NCBI RefSeq assembly: GCF_018350175.1
Contig: NC_058383.1
Location: forward strand, 35,588,001-35,652,000
Length of the DNA stretch: 64,000 nucleotides
From: Felis catus
Lineage: Eukaryota
Reading direction: 5' to 3'
Shown here: positions 48,141 to 58,687 of the stretch, in pieces
Numbering within the stretch: the stretch's first letter is position 1
How the letters are laid out: each line of letters starts with the position of its first letter
Position numbers and translations under genes: made by a program
Notes under the pieces: model-generated
Database searches by the model: none
Seen by the model: only the letters and a program-made list of their open reading frames with translations
Told to the model about the DNA's origin: nothing

Positions 48141-49079
48141 CAAATCGCTCAGCTGTTGGCTTAAAATGTGTTCTATTTCCCTCCAGTAAAGCAATTAAGA
48201 GAATCTTAAATCACTGGGTGAAAAAATATCGGTGTGGAATTGTCTAACAGAGTTGGGGGGAGGAATGTGGCGAAAAGATCCTAACGGCCCCTTGCTGGCT
48301 GGTGTTGGGGAAAGGGACATTTTTCACCAGAATGTTAGCTGCAAAACCGTATCATCTCAGACATTAATTCTTCCCTCATTTAAGAAAACAGAAAAGAAAA
48401 GAGAGTATGGCCTCAATGTAGCAAGGAAGACAATGGTTTTGCTTATAGGATCTCTGCTAGCTCATACAATGACTTTGTGCCAGATAAAAAAAGTGTGACC
48501 CTTTAAGAGGGACTCAGCCCTGAGAGAGCAGGGCTTGGCGACAGAAGACGGAGCTGGTCTTCTGCCCCAACTGGCCCATTCAGGCATGTGTCTGTGGGCA
48601 GTAACCAAATGCAGAAACTCACTGAGGCCCTTCCTACTGCCCGCCCAAGAGGGAACCAAAAGGGGGAGGGGAAAGGGCTTCATTCTGGAGCAAAGGTTCT
48701 GAGGCAGTACCTCAGATGATACTGTGTAGCTTGAGCTGATGGTTATTCCCAGATTGTCCTTCCCAGTGCGGCAGGCTTCTTCCAGCCACAGTGTTTACCC
48801 ATTCTCTCCCTCTCCTCCTTGGCCCCTCTCTCTCAGAGCAACACAGCTAAGAGTTACAAGTTTAATGTTTTCCATGTGGTGCCTTGAGCTTGGGGAAGGA
48901 AAAGGCTGATGCAAATTGAATACATAAATAAGAATTTAATAAACTTTCTCTTCTGGTCTCCTGCATCACCACTAAAGTTGCAGAATCCGGAATTAAAAAT
49001 GTACTTGAGAGCAGAAACAAAGAGCAGGGAGTTTTATGTGCCTTGTGGGTTTGTAAATGCACATGACCTTCTTCTGGAG

Positions 49080-49280
49080 AGGGTAATTCACCAAAGCAAA
49101 TCCAAAACCTAAAAATATATATGCTCTTGACATCCAGCCTGTCTATGGATTAATTCAAGAAAATACTGGATCACTCAAAGATGTATATTATAAGGATGTT
49201 CACTGCAGTGATGTTTACAAGAGCAAAGCAAGAGTTGTTTTTTTTTTCATGAGAAGTTATCTAAATGCTCAATAGCATTG
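49080..49280 (+). mobile_element. L1ME-like remnant (second piece ~49700-49850)
   Basis: AAGGATGTTCACTGCAGTGATGTTTACAAGAGCAAA; GTGAATAGTGGTTATCTCT. Confidence 0.5.
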
Positions 49281-49632
49281 TAACAAGTATAGTTTAAGGT
49301 TGCAAGGGCTCTTACCTTGTGATAAAGGGGAAAAATTGTTTCTCCCCTAAATAATGTTTTTTTAAACATTTAACAAAACTTCCGTACAAGAAATTTTCAT
49401 TGTGTGGTACCAAGAATGACAAGGAAGATGTATATAGTCTCAGCTTAATTCCCAGAGCACACATTAGCAGATCCCAAACTTCAGAGGAAGACAGTTTAGA
49501 GAAAACCTGGTACAGACCTGGTTTAAAATTTGTGACTAAGATCATATGACATATTACCAAAATAGTATGCACACACAATCCCAATTTCACAAAGAGGAAT
49601 CGCATCTGAATAAACAGGTATATGTGGGGGAG

Positions 49633-49634
<2 letters not shown>

Positions 49635-49682
<48 letters not shown>
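49635..49682. repeat. (GT)24 microsatellite
   Basis: Seen directly. Confidence 0.95.
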
Positions 49683-49684
<2 letters not shown>

Positions 49685-50724
49685 CTGGAAAGACAGCAGG
49701 CAAAAAGGTGAATAGTGGTTATCTCTCAGGTGAAGGATGATTAGAAGTGATTGTTTTTTCTTTGTTCTCTGTGTCTTCTCATATTTTTTGGTAAACACAA
49801 CGCAATTTTGTAATAGTTCATGCCTTTCTTTTCCGTGACTATACAGGTCTAGCATTTAACTACAACAAGAGTGCTCTGGGACACATGCAAGAGATGCATA
49901 CCTATGCAGACACACAAAACAGGACAGCTTCCTGTTATCATAAGAACATGTCCACTGTTGCCATATGTCTTATAAGATTGGAACTCTGCCACCTAGTCTA
50001 TCAAAAAAATTAAAAAAAAAAAGCTGCAGAGTAGCCATTACATTCAGCCAATTAAAGAAATCTCAAAAGGATAACAGCGTTGCCCTTCAGAAAGGCCAGC
50101 GTTGGCAAGATGGGAAAATCAGTACAACTCTATTAGTTGACTAGCACATCCCAGCATCTAGAAACAAGTAAATCTGTTTTGTCCCCATGCACAGAAAGAT
50201 ACAATTAACATGGCCGCAAAGTAAGTGATACTGCCTCATTACCAGCCATCAGGCTGTCCTGCAGGGGCCTCCATCCAAAGCTGGGAGGGGAGGTTACTAA
50301 TTATCGTGCCAAATTAAGCCTTGATTATTCCCCAAGAGACACCTGTTAATTGGGCTGCTACATTACATAACAGTTCTGTGCATTAATAATTGAGTTGCAA
50401 TGACTTGATTTTCTCCTCGGAAATGTGATTTATTTTTCTCTCTCCTCATTTCAGGTTGTGTCTGTCTTCAAAACCAGCCTAGGGCAGCTACTGTGGTTGA
50501 GAACCTAAGGAGAGGAAATCAGGTCTCACCTACTTACAGGGGCAGCAAAAGGATAACGGTATAAACCTCCTCCCAACAAAGACTGTATAAAGTCAATTGT
50601 TAGTGCCAAGCACCTGGTTGTTAATAAGAGTGAAAAGTGGTCAACTGTCCGTCTCACTCATGTTAAGCCTCTTAGCTTCTCATTCAGGAGACATACTTCA
50701 CCACGGCGCCTCTGTTGCTGTTGT

Positions 50725-51120
50725 TCTGGGCACTTCCTTTCCTTTTTAGATGGCAAGATGTTCGGTAGCAGGCTCACCTCCTAGATTTTGTGCCCAGTCC
50801 TAAAAGCAGCCATTTCTCCAAAGAGATCCTATTCCCTTTTGTGAAGAATGGTATTAGAAATCATTATCTGGGTGTAGGTGTGCTTACTGATGTTGGGAAA
50901 GTTCCTCTTGGCTGACAGACCACAAAGACATAGCTGCATATTAACCCGTGTAAATATACTTGCCTATCAGTATTTCTACATTTAACCATCTGTCTCTATA
51001 TGAAGCTAAATATGAGTTCATTATGATGTCCAACCCTCATCCACGATGACACAGATCATTCTAGCCTTCTTCCTTGGCTTATCTGTTACCTCCCACTTAA
51101 ATGGTTGAGAACCCTTTGCC
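50725..51120 (-). mobile_element. L1MC1-like 3' UTR internal fragment
   Basis: CAGCCATTTTCTCCAAAGAG...GAATGGTATTAGAAA; AAGCTAAATATGAGTTCAT; GATCATTCTAGCC. Confidence 0.8.
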
Positions 51121-52119
51121 CAGTATGTTCTGAGTAACCTTGCTGGAGTTGCCTTCTCATTAAGATGAGTGCCAACCCATTTGTTCATTTAAAAGGACTT
51201 TGGAACCATGTGGCAATGACTGGGCTCAGACCACCATGGTCATCTCAAGGGAACATTTGTCATGAGAGCACTGCCAAGAAACTCTAAGACCACAGGGTCC
51301 TACTGTTTCCTCATTACCAACCAGCAAGCTGGCTGGTGCATCTGGTTGGGGCATTAAACACAACTCCACACATCACTCCAAGGCTCCAGATGAAAGTTAA
51401 AAAAAATAGCCATGAGGTTGTGCCATGCCAAATAAAGAATGTGGCACAACTCTAATTAGTGAGAGCTGGTATTTCTTTTTTAAAGACGAAAACCCAGAAG
51501 CAGCTAAAGGAGCAAAAAACTAAAGGCAAAACAAACCCAAAAATGCAGCCAAGGAAAGATGATGGAAAGCACAAAAAGGTTGAGAAAGGAACACAACAAA
51601 ATTAAATGAAGGTACAGTTCTTGGGAAGGTTCTCAGAGACCAGATGGCAAAAGGAGTGATGTATCCCCTCACATATTTCTGCAATACTGAATGTTCCAAA
51701 ATAATATATGGATTTGGGATACAGAGGCAGTAGGCAGCATTTCTCTGTTGTCTCTGTCTCTGTCTCTCTTTCTCTCCCTCCCCAACCCCCAAAACTTGGC
51801 TCCAGCTAGGTGGAGGGGAAAGCAGCCATATTACAAATGATCAGCTGTGCCTGCCTCCAACAGCTCCCACACCCAAGAGGGCTGTAGAATACTGAGGCAG
51901 CTGCAGTGGCCTCTGGGTTTGCTGCTCAGCCAGCTGTGAATAGGGAAGACCTGAGCCCCGCTAGAGTGTGTGGACAGAGATGGGGAGAAGCAGGCTCTGA
52001 ATGACAGCACTGCCTCAGCTATGATTATCTAGGCTTGGCTGGAGGGCCGTCTTCTAACTCTGAGATGCTGCATCTGTAAGCGGGTCTGAATTTCTATCTA
52101 GTTCAAGATGCAGCACTGG

Positions 52120-52248
52120 TCTGTTGTGTAGAGCAGGGGCCACCTGTGTTCAGTTCTGCTGCTAATTAGCTGTGTGAACCTTAGGTGGGGTTTTAACTTC
52201 TGTGTGACTGCATTGCATCACACACAACATGGGGTGATGATGATGGTA

Positions 52249-52291
<43 letters not shown>

Positions 52292-52370
52292 CTTTCCCAT
52301 CGGGTTACTAGAAAGGTTAAATGAATTAATCATTTACAACAGTAAGGATACTTCCTGACATTATAGATTC
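52120..52370 (+). mobile_element. MIR SINE containing an expanded (TAA)n at 52250-52290
   Basis: TTAGCTGTGTGAACCTTAGG...ATGGGG...AATAATACCT...GGTTAAATGAATTAAT. Confidence 0.7.
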
Positions 52371-52589
52371 CTTCCACCTAAAGGAGCTCACCAATGAGCT
52401 GAATGAGATGAACAAAGAGAGAGGGTTCAAATCAAAAGTGGGCCACAGTGCTTTGAAAAGTTCTCCCTGGTGGAGGGGGAAGCCAGAACACCTCCTACAG
52501 GAGACAGGTGCAGCCTGCTATAGCCTCAAGCATGACAGCATTATGTAGGATGTCTCTCATTCTTGTCAAAGGAGGGAGGTGACAGAAAC

Positions 52590-52707
52590 AGCACTCAAGA
52601 GCTCACACTCAGAGTTGGACAGGTACAGATTTGGTTGCTGACCTTGCCCCTTGAACTGTTTGAGCTGCATTTTCTTATCTAGAAAATGCGATTAAGAATA
52701 GTACCTG
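52590..52707 (+). mobile_element. MIR 5' part, interrupted by L1 insertions
   Basis: TTTTCTTATCTAGAAAATGCGATTAAGAATAGTACCT. Confidence 0.55.
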
Positions 52708-52709
52708 CT

Positions 52710-53420
52710 TTGATCTCAAAGAGAGGTCCGCACTCCCATGTTCATTGAAGCATTCTTCACAACAGCCAAGACAGGGAAACAACCTAAGTGTCCATCAACA
52801 GACAGAGACATCTGAATGGATAAAGATGATGAAGCATACATATAGATAATATATAAAATTATATACAGATAATACATAAAATTATACGTTGGAGCTATAC
52901 GTGGAATATAATGGAATATTTTTCAGCCACGAGAAAGAAGGAAATCCTGGTATTGGAAACAACTTAGACGAACTTGAGGGCATTATGCTCAGTGAAATAA
53001 GCTAGACAGAGAAAGACAAGTACTGTAGGATATCACTTACGTGTGGAATCTAAAACAAGCAGGACTGAGCAAGACAAGGTAGAGTGGTGTTTCCCAGAGT
53101 ACAGTGGAAAGGGAAAATGGAGAGATATTGGTCAAAGGGGACAAACTTCCAGTTATAAAATTAACAATTCTGGAGTGTAACATACAGCAGGGTGACTACA
53201 ACTAATAGCACTGAACTAGTCACTTGTAAGCTGATAAGAGACTTAAGCCCGGAAGCATTCCCATCACACAAAGGAAAGGGTAATATGTGGCAGGATGGAG
53301 GTGTTAGCTGACACTGTGGTTGTAATCACTGTTACAATATATAAATGTATCAAAACAACAAGCTGTACACCTTAAACTTACACAATGTTATAAGTAAATT
53401 ATACCCAAAAGAGCTGAGTT
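52710..53420 (+). mobile_element. L1MA8/9-like 3' end
   Basis: CACTCCCATGTTCATTGAAGCATT; GGAGAGATATTGGTCAAAGGGGACAAACTTCCAGTTATAA; TACACCTTAAACTTACACAATG. Confidence 0.88.
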
Positions 53421-53451
53421 TGTTTTTTTTTTTTTTTAATAATAGTCCCTG

Positions 53452-53970
53452 TTTGTACACCATTGGTCATAGCACCATTATTCACAATAGCCAAAAGGTA
53501 GAAGCAACCTAAGTGTCCACCAACAAAAACAGACAAACACAGTGTGGTCTATATGAACAATGGAATATTACAGAGCTTTAAAACAGAAGGAAATTCTGGC
53601 ACGTGTTGCCACACGGATGAACTTTAAGATGTTACACTTAAGTACAGTAAGTTAGTAACACAAAGTCAGATATTGTATGATTCCACTTATATGAAGTACC
53701 ATATATTATGAGTACACGCATTATATGAGTAGTCAAATTCATAGAGACAGAAAGTAGAATGGTGGTTGCCAGGGGCTGGGGGAGAAAACAGAAAGAGGAG
53801 TTAACGTTTAATCTATGGAGTTTTCCTTTGGGGAAAAGAAAAAGTCTGTGATGGCTGCACAACAATACGAATGTATTTAATGCCACCAAACTGTACATTT
53901 AAAATGGTTAAAACAGTATATTTTATGTACATTTTGCCACAATAAATAATAATTGTAAAAAAAATAAAAG
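53452..53970 (+). mobile_element. L1MB-like 3' end
   Basis: CAAATTCATAGAGACAGAAAGTAGAATGGTGGTTGCCAGGGGCTGGG; TTTAAAATGGTTAA...TTGCCACAAT. Confidence 0.88.
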
Positions 53971-54039
53971 GCTTAGGGAGAAAATACAGTGTCGGCTGTA
54001 TAGGCTTAAATAAAAGGATTATTGAGCAATTATTCCCTC

Positions 54040-54130
54040 TACCCACAGGGCTGAGTACTTTAAATGTACAATCTCATTTAATCCCCACAATACCCCCTCA
54101 GGGATAGAGATAGTGGTCTTCCCACTTTAT
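54040..54130 (-). mobile_element. MIR fragment
   Basis: ATCTCATTTAATCCCCACAATACCCC. Confidence 0.55.
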
Positions 54131-54149
54131 GGAGTTAGTGAGATGATGG

Positions 54150-54550
54150 TAGATACAGAAACACACTGCTTGGGGAGCCCTTCAAGGAAGGACTAGCTGC
54201 CCAGGGGTGGAAGGTGAGGTCAGTAGTCAACCACAGCTGTCAGCACCTTCAGAGTTTGCCTCAGCTGCAGAGAGCCTCCTTACTAATGGTCACACCATCC
54301 CCAGGGCAGCCTGCATCCAATGCCTGAGACAGGTGGGGGCACAAGCCCAGACATTTCACCCACTGCGGGAAAACTCTGCTGCAATGTTCACTCTGAAGCT
54401 CCCCGCGAGCATGGCCAGGTTCACACCACTGTCCTACTTCTCCCTGTGCCCGAACCTGCTCCCTACTCCTTCCTTTCACAGATGTGGATCCCTAATAAGC
54501 ATCTTGAATCCCAAGTGTCTTCTGAGCAGCTGCTTGTGAAGAGCCTGACA
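54150..54550 (+). mobile_element. ERVL solo LTR (LTR16A/B-like)
   Basis: CCCTTCAAGGAAGGACT; GCCTCAGCTGCAGAGAGCC; GAAGCTCCCCG; ACTTCTCCCTGTGCCC...CCTTTCACAGATGTGGATCCC. Confidence 0.8.
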
Positions 54551-54734
54551 AATGTTAGGTAATTTGAGGATAAGGCTAGTAAAGGGAAGAAAGAGGATAT
54601 TTGGAGCATTAACAAATATACCTTGGCCAAGACCTCATTACGGGGATGGGTGGTCATAAATTCTCAATGTTAGTAACGGTTATTTTTCTTCACTTACTTA
54701 TACACTTAAGACACTGTATAGAAAATATGGCAAA

Positions 54735-54959
54735 AGGCCTGGGTGGCTCAGTGGGTTAAGCATCTGACATCAGCTCAGGTCACGATCTTGTGGTTTGTGG
54801 GTTTGAGCTCCGCACCGGGCTCTGTGCTGATGGCTCAGAGCCTGGAGCTTGCTTTGGATTCTGTGCCTCCCTCTCTCTCTCTCTGCCCCTCTCTCGCTCA
54901 CACACACTCTCTCTCTCTCAAAAATAAATAAATGTTTGAATTAAAAAAAAAAGATATTT
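54735..54959 (+). mobile_element. Can-SINE (SINEC_Fc)
   Basis: Near-full body; TSD AAAATATGGCAAA/AAAATATGGTAAA. Confidence 0.93.
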
Positions 54960-55088
54960 AAAAATATGGTAAATTTATTAACAATGACAATGTGAGTTTC
55001 AAGAAGATCCTATCTTACCAGGTGATTATCTTATGTTACCAGGTGATTAGCTTCAAAACACTACTATGTTTTATATATATATAAAATA

Positions 55089-55301
55089 TTTTCTTAAATG
55101 TTTTAATGTTTATTTTTGAGAGAGAGAGACAGAGTGGGAGCAGGGGAGGGACGGAAAAAGAGGGAGACACAGAATCCAAAGCAGGATCCAGGCCCTGAGC
55201 TGTCAGCACAGAGCCCGATGTGGGGCTCAAACTCACAAACCATGAGATCATGACCTGAGCCGAAGTCAGATGCTCAACTGACTGAGCCACACAGGTGCCC
55301 C
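55089..55301 (-). mobile_element. Can-SINE (SINEC_Fc) inserted at the tail of an older SINE
   Basis: Full reverse body; TSD ~TAAAATATTTT/TAAAATAATTT. Confidence 0.95.
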
Positions 55302-55307
55302 TAAAAT

Positions 55308-55459
55308 AATTTTTTTTCTAAAGAAAGAGGAGGGCAGAGAGAGAAGGAGAGAGAGAATCCCAAGCACACAGCCTGACATCAGGCTCAAATTCACAAGATG
55401 ATGACCTGAGCTGAAATCAAAAGTCAGACACTTAACCGACTGAGCTTCCCAGGCGCCCC
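55308..55459 (-). mobile_element. Older Can-SINE
   Basis: GACCTGAGCTGAAATCAAAAGTCAGACACTTAACCGACTGAG...CCAGGCGCCCC. Confidence 0.9.
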
Positions 55460-55989
55460 TATATATATGCGTATATACATATTTAAGTCCTTGATGGCTG
55501 TAGTCGTTTCTTGTTTCAGTGAACCTTGGGTCCATCTACTGAGAGGGACACCCAGGTCAGGGAGATGATGAGATATGGGCTCTTTCAACATTCCCCACCT
55601 AAAGAGGAAAACCGAGCAAGCCCTTACCTATGGCTTTGATTACCAAACAAATCATCTGGACAACTGCTCCACAATTTCTACGTGCCTGCTTGGCTTATGC
55701 AGGACTGCTGGGGTGGGGGGAGGAACAGTTATTTGATGAGAGACAGGTTTTAAGCTTTCCTTGCCAATCATAAGAAAAGGAAAGGATACCCTGAAAACAT
55801 TTATGACAGCTAGCTCACTCCATGTACCTGGGCAAATTATGTTTTGACTCAGTAACGCAGAACAATTTGTACCTGTCCACCAATTTAACATTGCCTTTGA
55901 GCCCGAACTGAAGGACTTGTAGCGGAATAGCTATACTTAGGGCCTGGACCACTCATTTGGCACTTATATATAACTAACTATCATGAGTT

Positions 55990-56130
55990 TTCCTTTACTG
56001 TGCCCGTAAGTGTTCATATCGTTATGCTCATTTTCCCAACTTGATCATAAACTCCTTCAGAGCAAGGGCCATGTCCAATGGCTCATTTTAGATCCCAGAG
56101 CACCAACCCAATGCCACGTCCATAATTAGA
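55990..56130 (+). mobile_element. L2 tail fragment
   Basis: GATCATAAACTCCTTCAGAGCAAGGGCCATGTC. Confidence 0.5.
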
Positions 56131-56749
56131 GCGGGGCAGGGGCTGATGGACAGATAACTATCCATGCCAATGAAAACACTCTTCCCATTGTCTAGTTTAA
56201 AGAGCCCATTTGTCTGTTATGACATATCACTCACTTGGTGTTTGTTACCCGAGTGCCTGACCAGTGAGCATGTACAGGCCCCTGACAAATTATGTAATGT
56301 GCTGAAATCAGCCCAGTTAATACTGCCAAATGGCTTGGATTTTAAAGCCAAGCTTCTCCCACAAAGACAAGCAGCAGAGTCTTGACTCTGAAAAGTCTTT
56401 GCTTTTACCTAGAAAAATACTGATACATCATGACCATTATTGAAAATCTTATTTTAGTCTCTAGTACTTAGAGCAATTTTGAAAGAATACAGGGAGGATA
56501 TAGCTCTGGGATGGGGTGGGGGGAGGGAACTTGAGTAGAATGAACCTAAAAAGACTACAAAGAACGAAGCAGCAGTCCGTATTCTGTCTGGCATAGGATA
56601 ATGATGGTTTAAAAGGTGTCATGAGAGGGTACCTGAATGCACTTCTGGAATGGGTTGGAGATGCTGCTTACTAATGAAAGTGATGGCTGCCTGCTAATTT
56701 TGATGGTCGCTTTCCCGCCAGTTCTAATCCATACATAACAAGGGAAGTG

Positions 56750-56985
56750 TCCATTTTCGAGAACTTAGTATATGCCAAGAACCATGCCATACCCTCTACT
56801 TTTAATCTCATTTAATTTTAACAACATCCCATTCTCTAGAATCTACATACAATGCAGACATATGCACTATGTCTCATTTTGAGGAAAGGGAAAAAAATGT
56901 GAGAAAGATTCCAAAAGTCCCCCAAGGTCGTATAAACTAGGAAGTGGCAGAACTGGAATTCAATATCAGGGTATGGGATCTAAGT
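56750..56985 (-). mobile_element. MIR SINE
   Basis: ATCTCATTTAATTTTAACAAC...CCCAAGGTC...CTAGGAAGTGGCAGAACTGGAATTCAA. Confidence 0.7.
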
Positions 56986-58009
56986 TTTTCACCAGTGACT
57001 AGTGCTGGGTAAGTCAAAACTTTGGGAGGACAACAGGTGGGAATAAACACGTGGGATTTGAGAATGCTTGGAGGACAGCAGGTGGAAGACGCCAAAAATA
57101 GCACATAACAATGCGATTCAAACCAAAAAGGGGTGGGACCACCATGCCTGCACTGGTGAATAACAGATGGAGAAGTGGCATGTTAGACCCTATGGGCCCC
57201 CGGCAAATATTAATTGATGATGATGACTTCAGAAATGCAAACAAAAATTTGAAGAGACAAAAGAAACAGTCAAGTGCACATGGGGAAAGACAGGGGCCAG
57301 CCAGGGGAGAGATACTGACGGAACTGATTTGGGTTATGGCTGCCACAAAAGGACTTCAGAGGAATACTCTTGCACAAGCACCTCAAGTTTCTATAGCTGA
57401 AACATCCATTCTGCTCTCTAAAAGAGTTGCACTTGAGAAGGAATGCAGGTTTTTCCACATGCTAATAAATCTTAGTAAAGTGAACTGGCTTACATGCAGA
57501 AATAGATTACCCCCATACACTTTCTTTAGGTCCTAATGCTGTGTTCACTTACCTAATGATATTTACATGAGCCAATTGTCAAACTGGAGCATGAGGGAAA
57601 ATAAAATTTTAAGGGAGTTGGAAGAAATTTAAGTAGATTTCTGGTTTCCAGCTCCTAATTCATGAGTAACAAAATGCATATTTTATGATCTCCAAAGAGC
57701 TGAAATAACACCAAATTCACAGATTGTGTGCTGTGGGACCACAGACAATTCTAGTTACTTCAATTACTGAGGAAGGTGATCAATCAAGACATAGTTATTG
57801 AGCGCCTACCATGAGCCAACTGACTCTTTGGTTCCTTAATGGAAATAAAACGAATAGATATAAGTAATAGACTTTTGGTCTTTGGGCTACATCCTACACT
57901 TGATTAGAATTTCTCTTCTAGTATCTGGGGTAGGTCTGGAAGCCCAGGAGATAGCTGAAGTTGAATATGTACGGATATCTTCCAATTTTAAGGTTGGGTC
58001 TTCATTAGG

Positions 58010-58430
58010 CATTTGTTGTTTGGGTCTACCCAGTATACAGTTTCCTTTCTGCTGTTGACAACACTCCCTTTGGGGCAGGATAATCCCAAACTTTTTTTTT
58101 TTTTATATAGGCTTGCCCCTATTCCTTTAGCTCCAGAAGTAGGCAAATGCCCTTGGGTTGGTACTTCAACAAATTCCAGCCATTCATCATAGAAGCTGGT
58201 TCAGGAATAATCATCTGACCCAAGTCGGTTCAGAGTGAATGATTCAAATGGTAAAATGGATTTGCAATAAATTACTAGATTCTAGATAACACTGAGTTTT
58301 TGTATTTTTCTATTCTTAAAGTCAGTACAACCCTTGGACTTTCCATATGAACCAATATACTCCCTTTCATGCTTAAGCTAGTTTGAGTTTAGTTTCTGTC
58401 ATTTGCACCCAAAGGAATCCTGATAGGAAG
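58010..58430 (+). mobile_element. Old MaLR LTR (MLT1I/J/K-like)
   Basis: CATCTGACCCAAGTCGG; CTTAAGCTAGTTTGAGTTTAGTTTCTGTCATTTGCACCCAAAGGAATCCTGA 3' end. Confidence 0.7.
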
Positions 58431-58675
58431 AATGTTTAATAAATATTTCTCTAGGAAGTGCAATGAACAAAGTCAAGAGTCGTGAATAAAGTGGATGAAA
58501 AAGGACACAAGGTCTGGTAAAAACTAAGACCTTGGTGTATGTACTGTTACAGCTACTGCCATAGTGGCCACGCTATTATCGCCCCCAAAGTAGTACCCTG
58601 ATTCCTCTAGTCAACTCCTAAACATCTTCACAGAATTCATATATAATTCATATATATATATATATTTTTCATTAC

Positions 58676-58687
58676 CTTGAGGAAACT
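58676..58687 (-). other. Candidate 12-nt microexon
   Basis: TTCTTCATTTCTTTCCTTTCAG|AGTTTCCTCAAG|GTAATG; open in all three phases. Confidence 0.3.

Noticed and set aside
15763-55459. tRNA genes
   Set aside because: The A/B-box-like sequences are heads of tRNA-derived Can-SINEs followed by CT tracts and A tails; there is no standalone cloverleaf.
10368-55535. Recurrent ORFs such as MAQSV.../MAQWV...TSAQVMIS...SGSVLTAQSLEPA (15781, 18036, 19422, 21925, 35796, 54743, 55036 etc.)
   Set aside because: These are translations of Can-SINE bodies, not a gene family.
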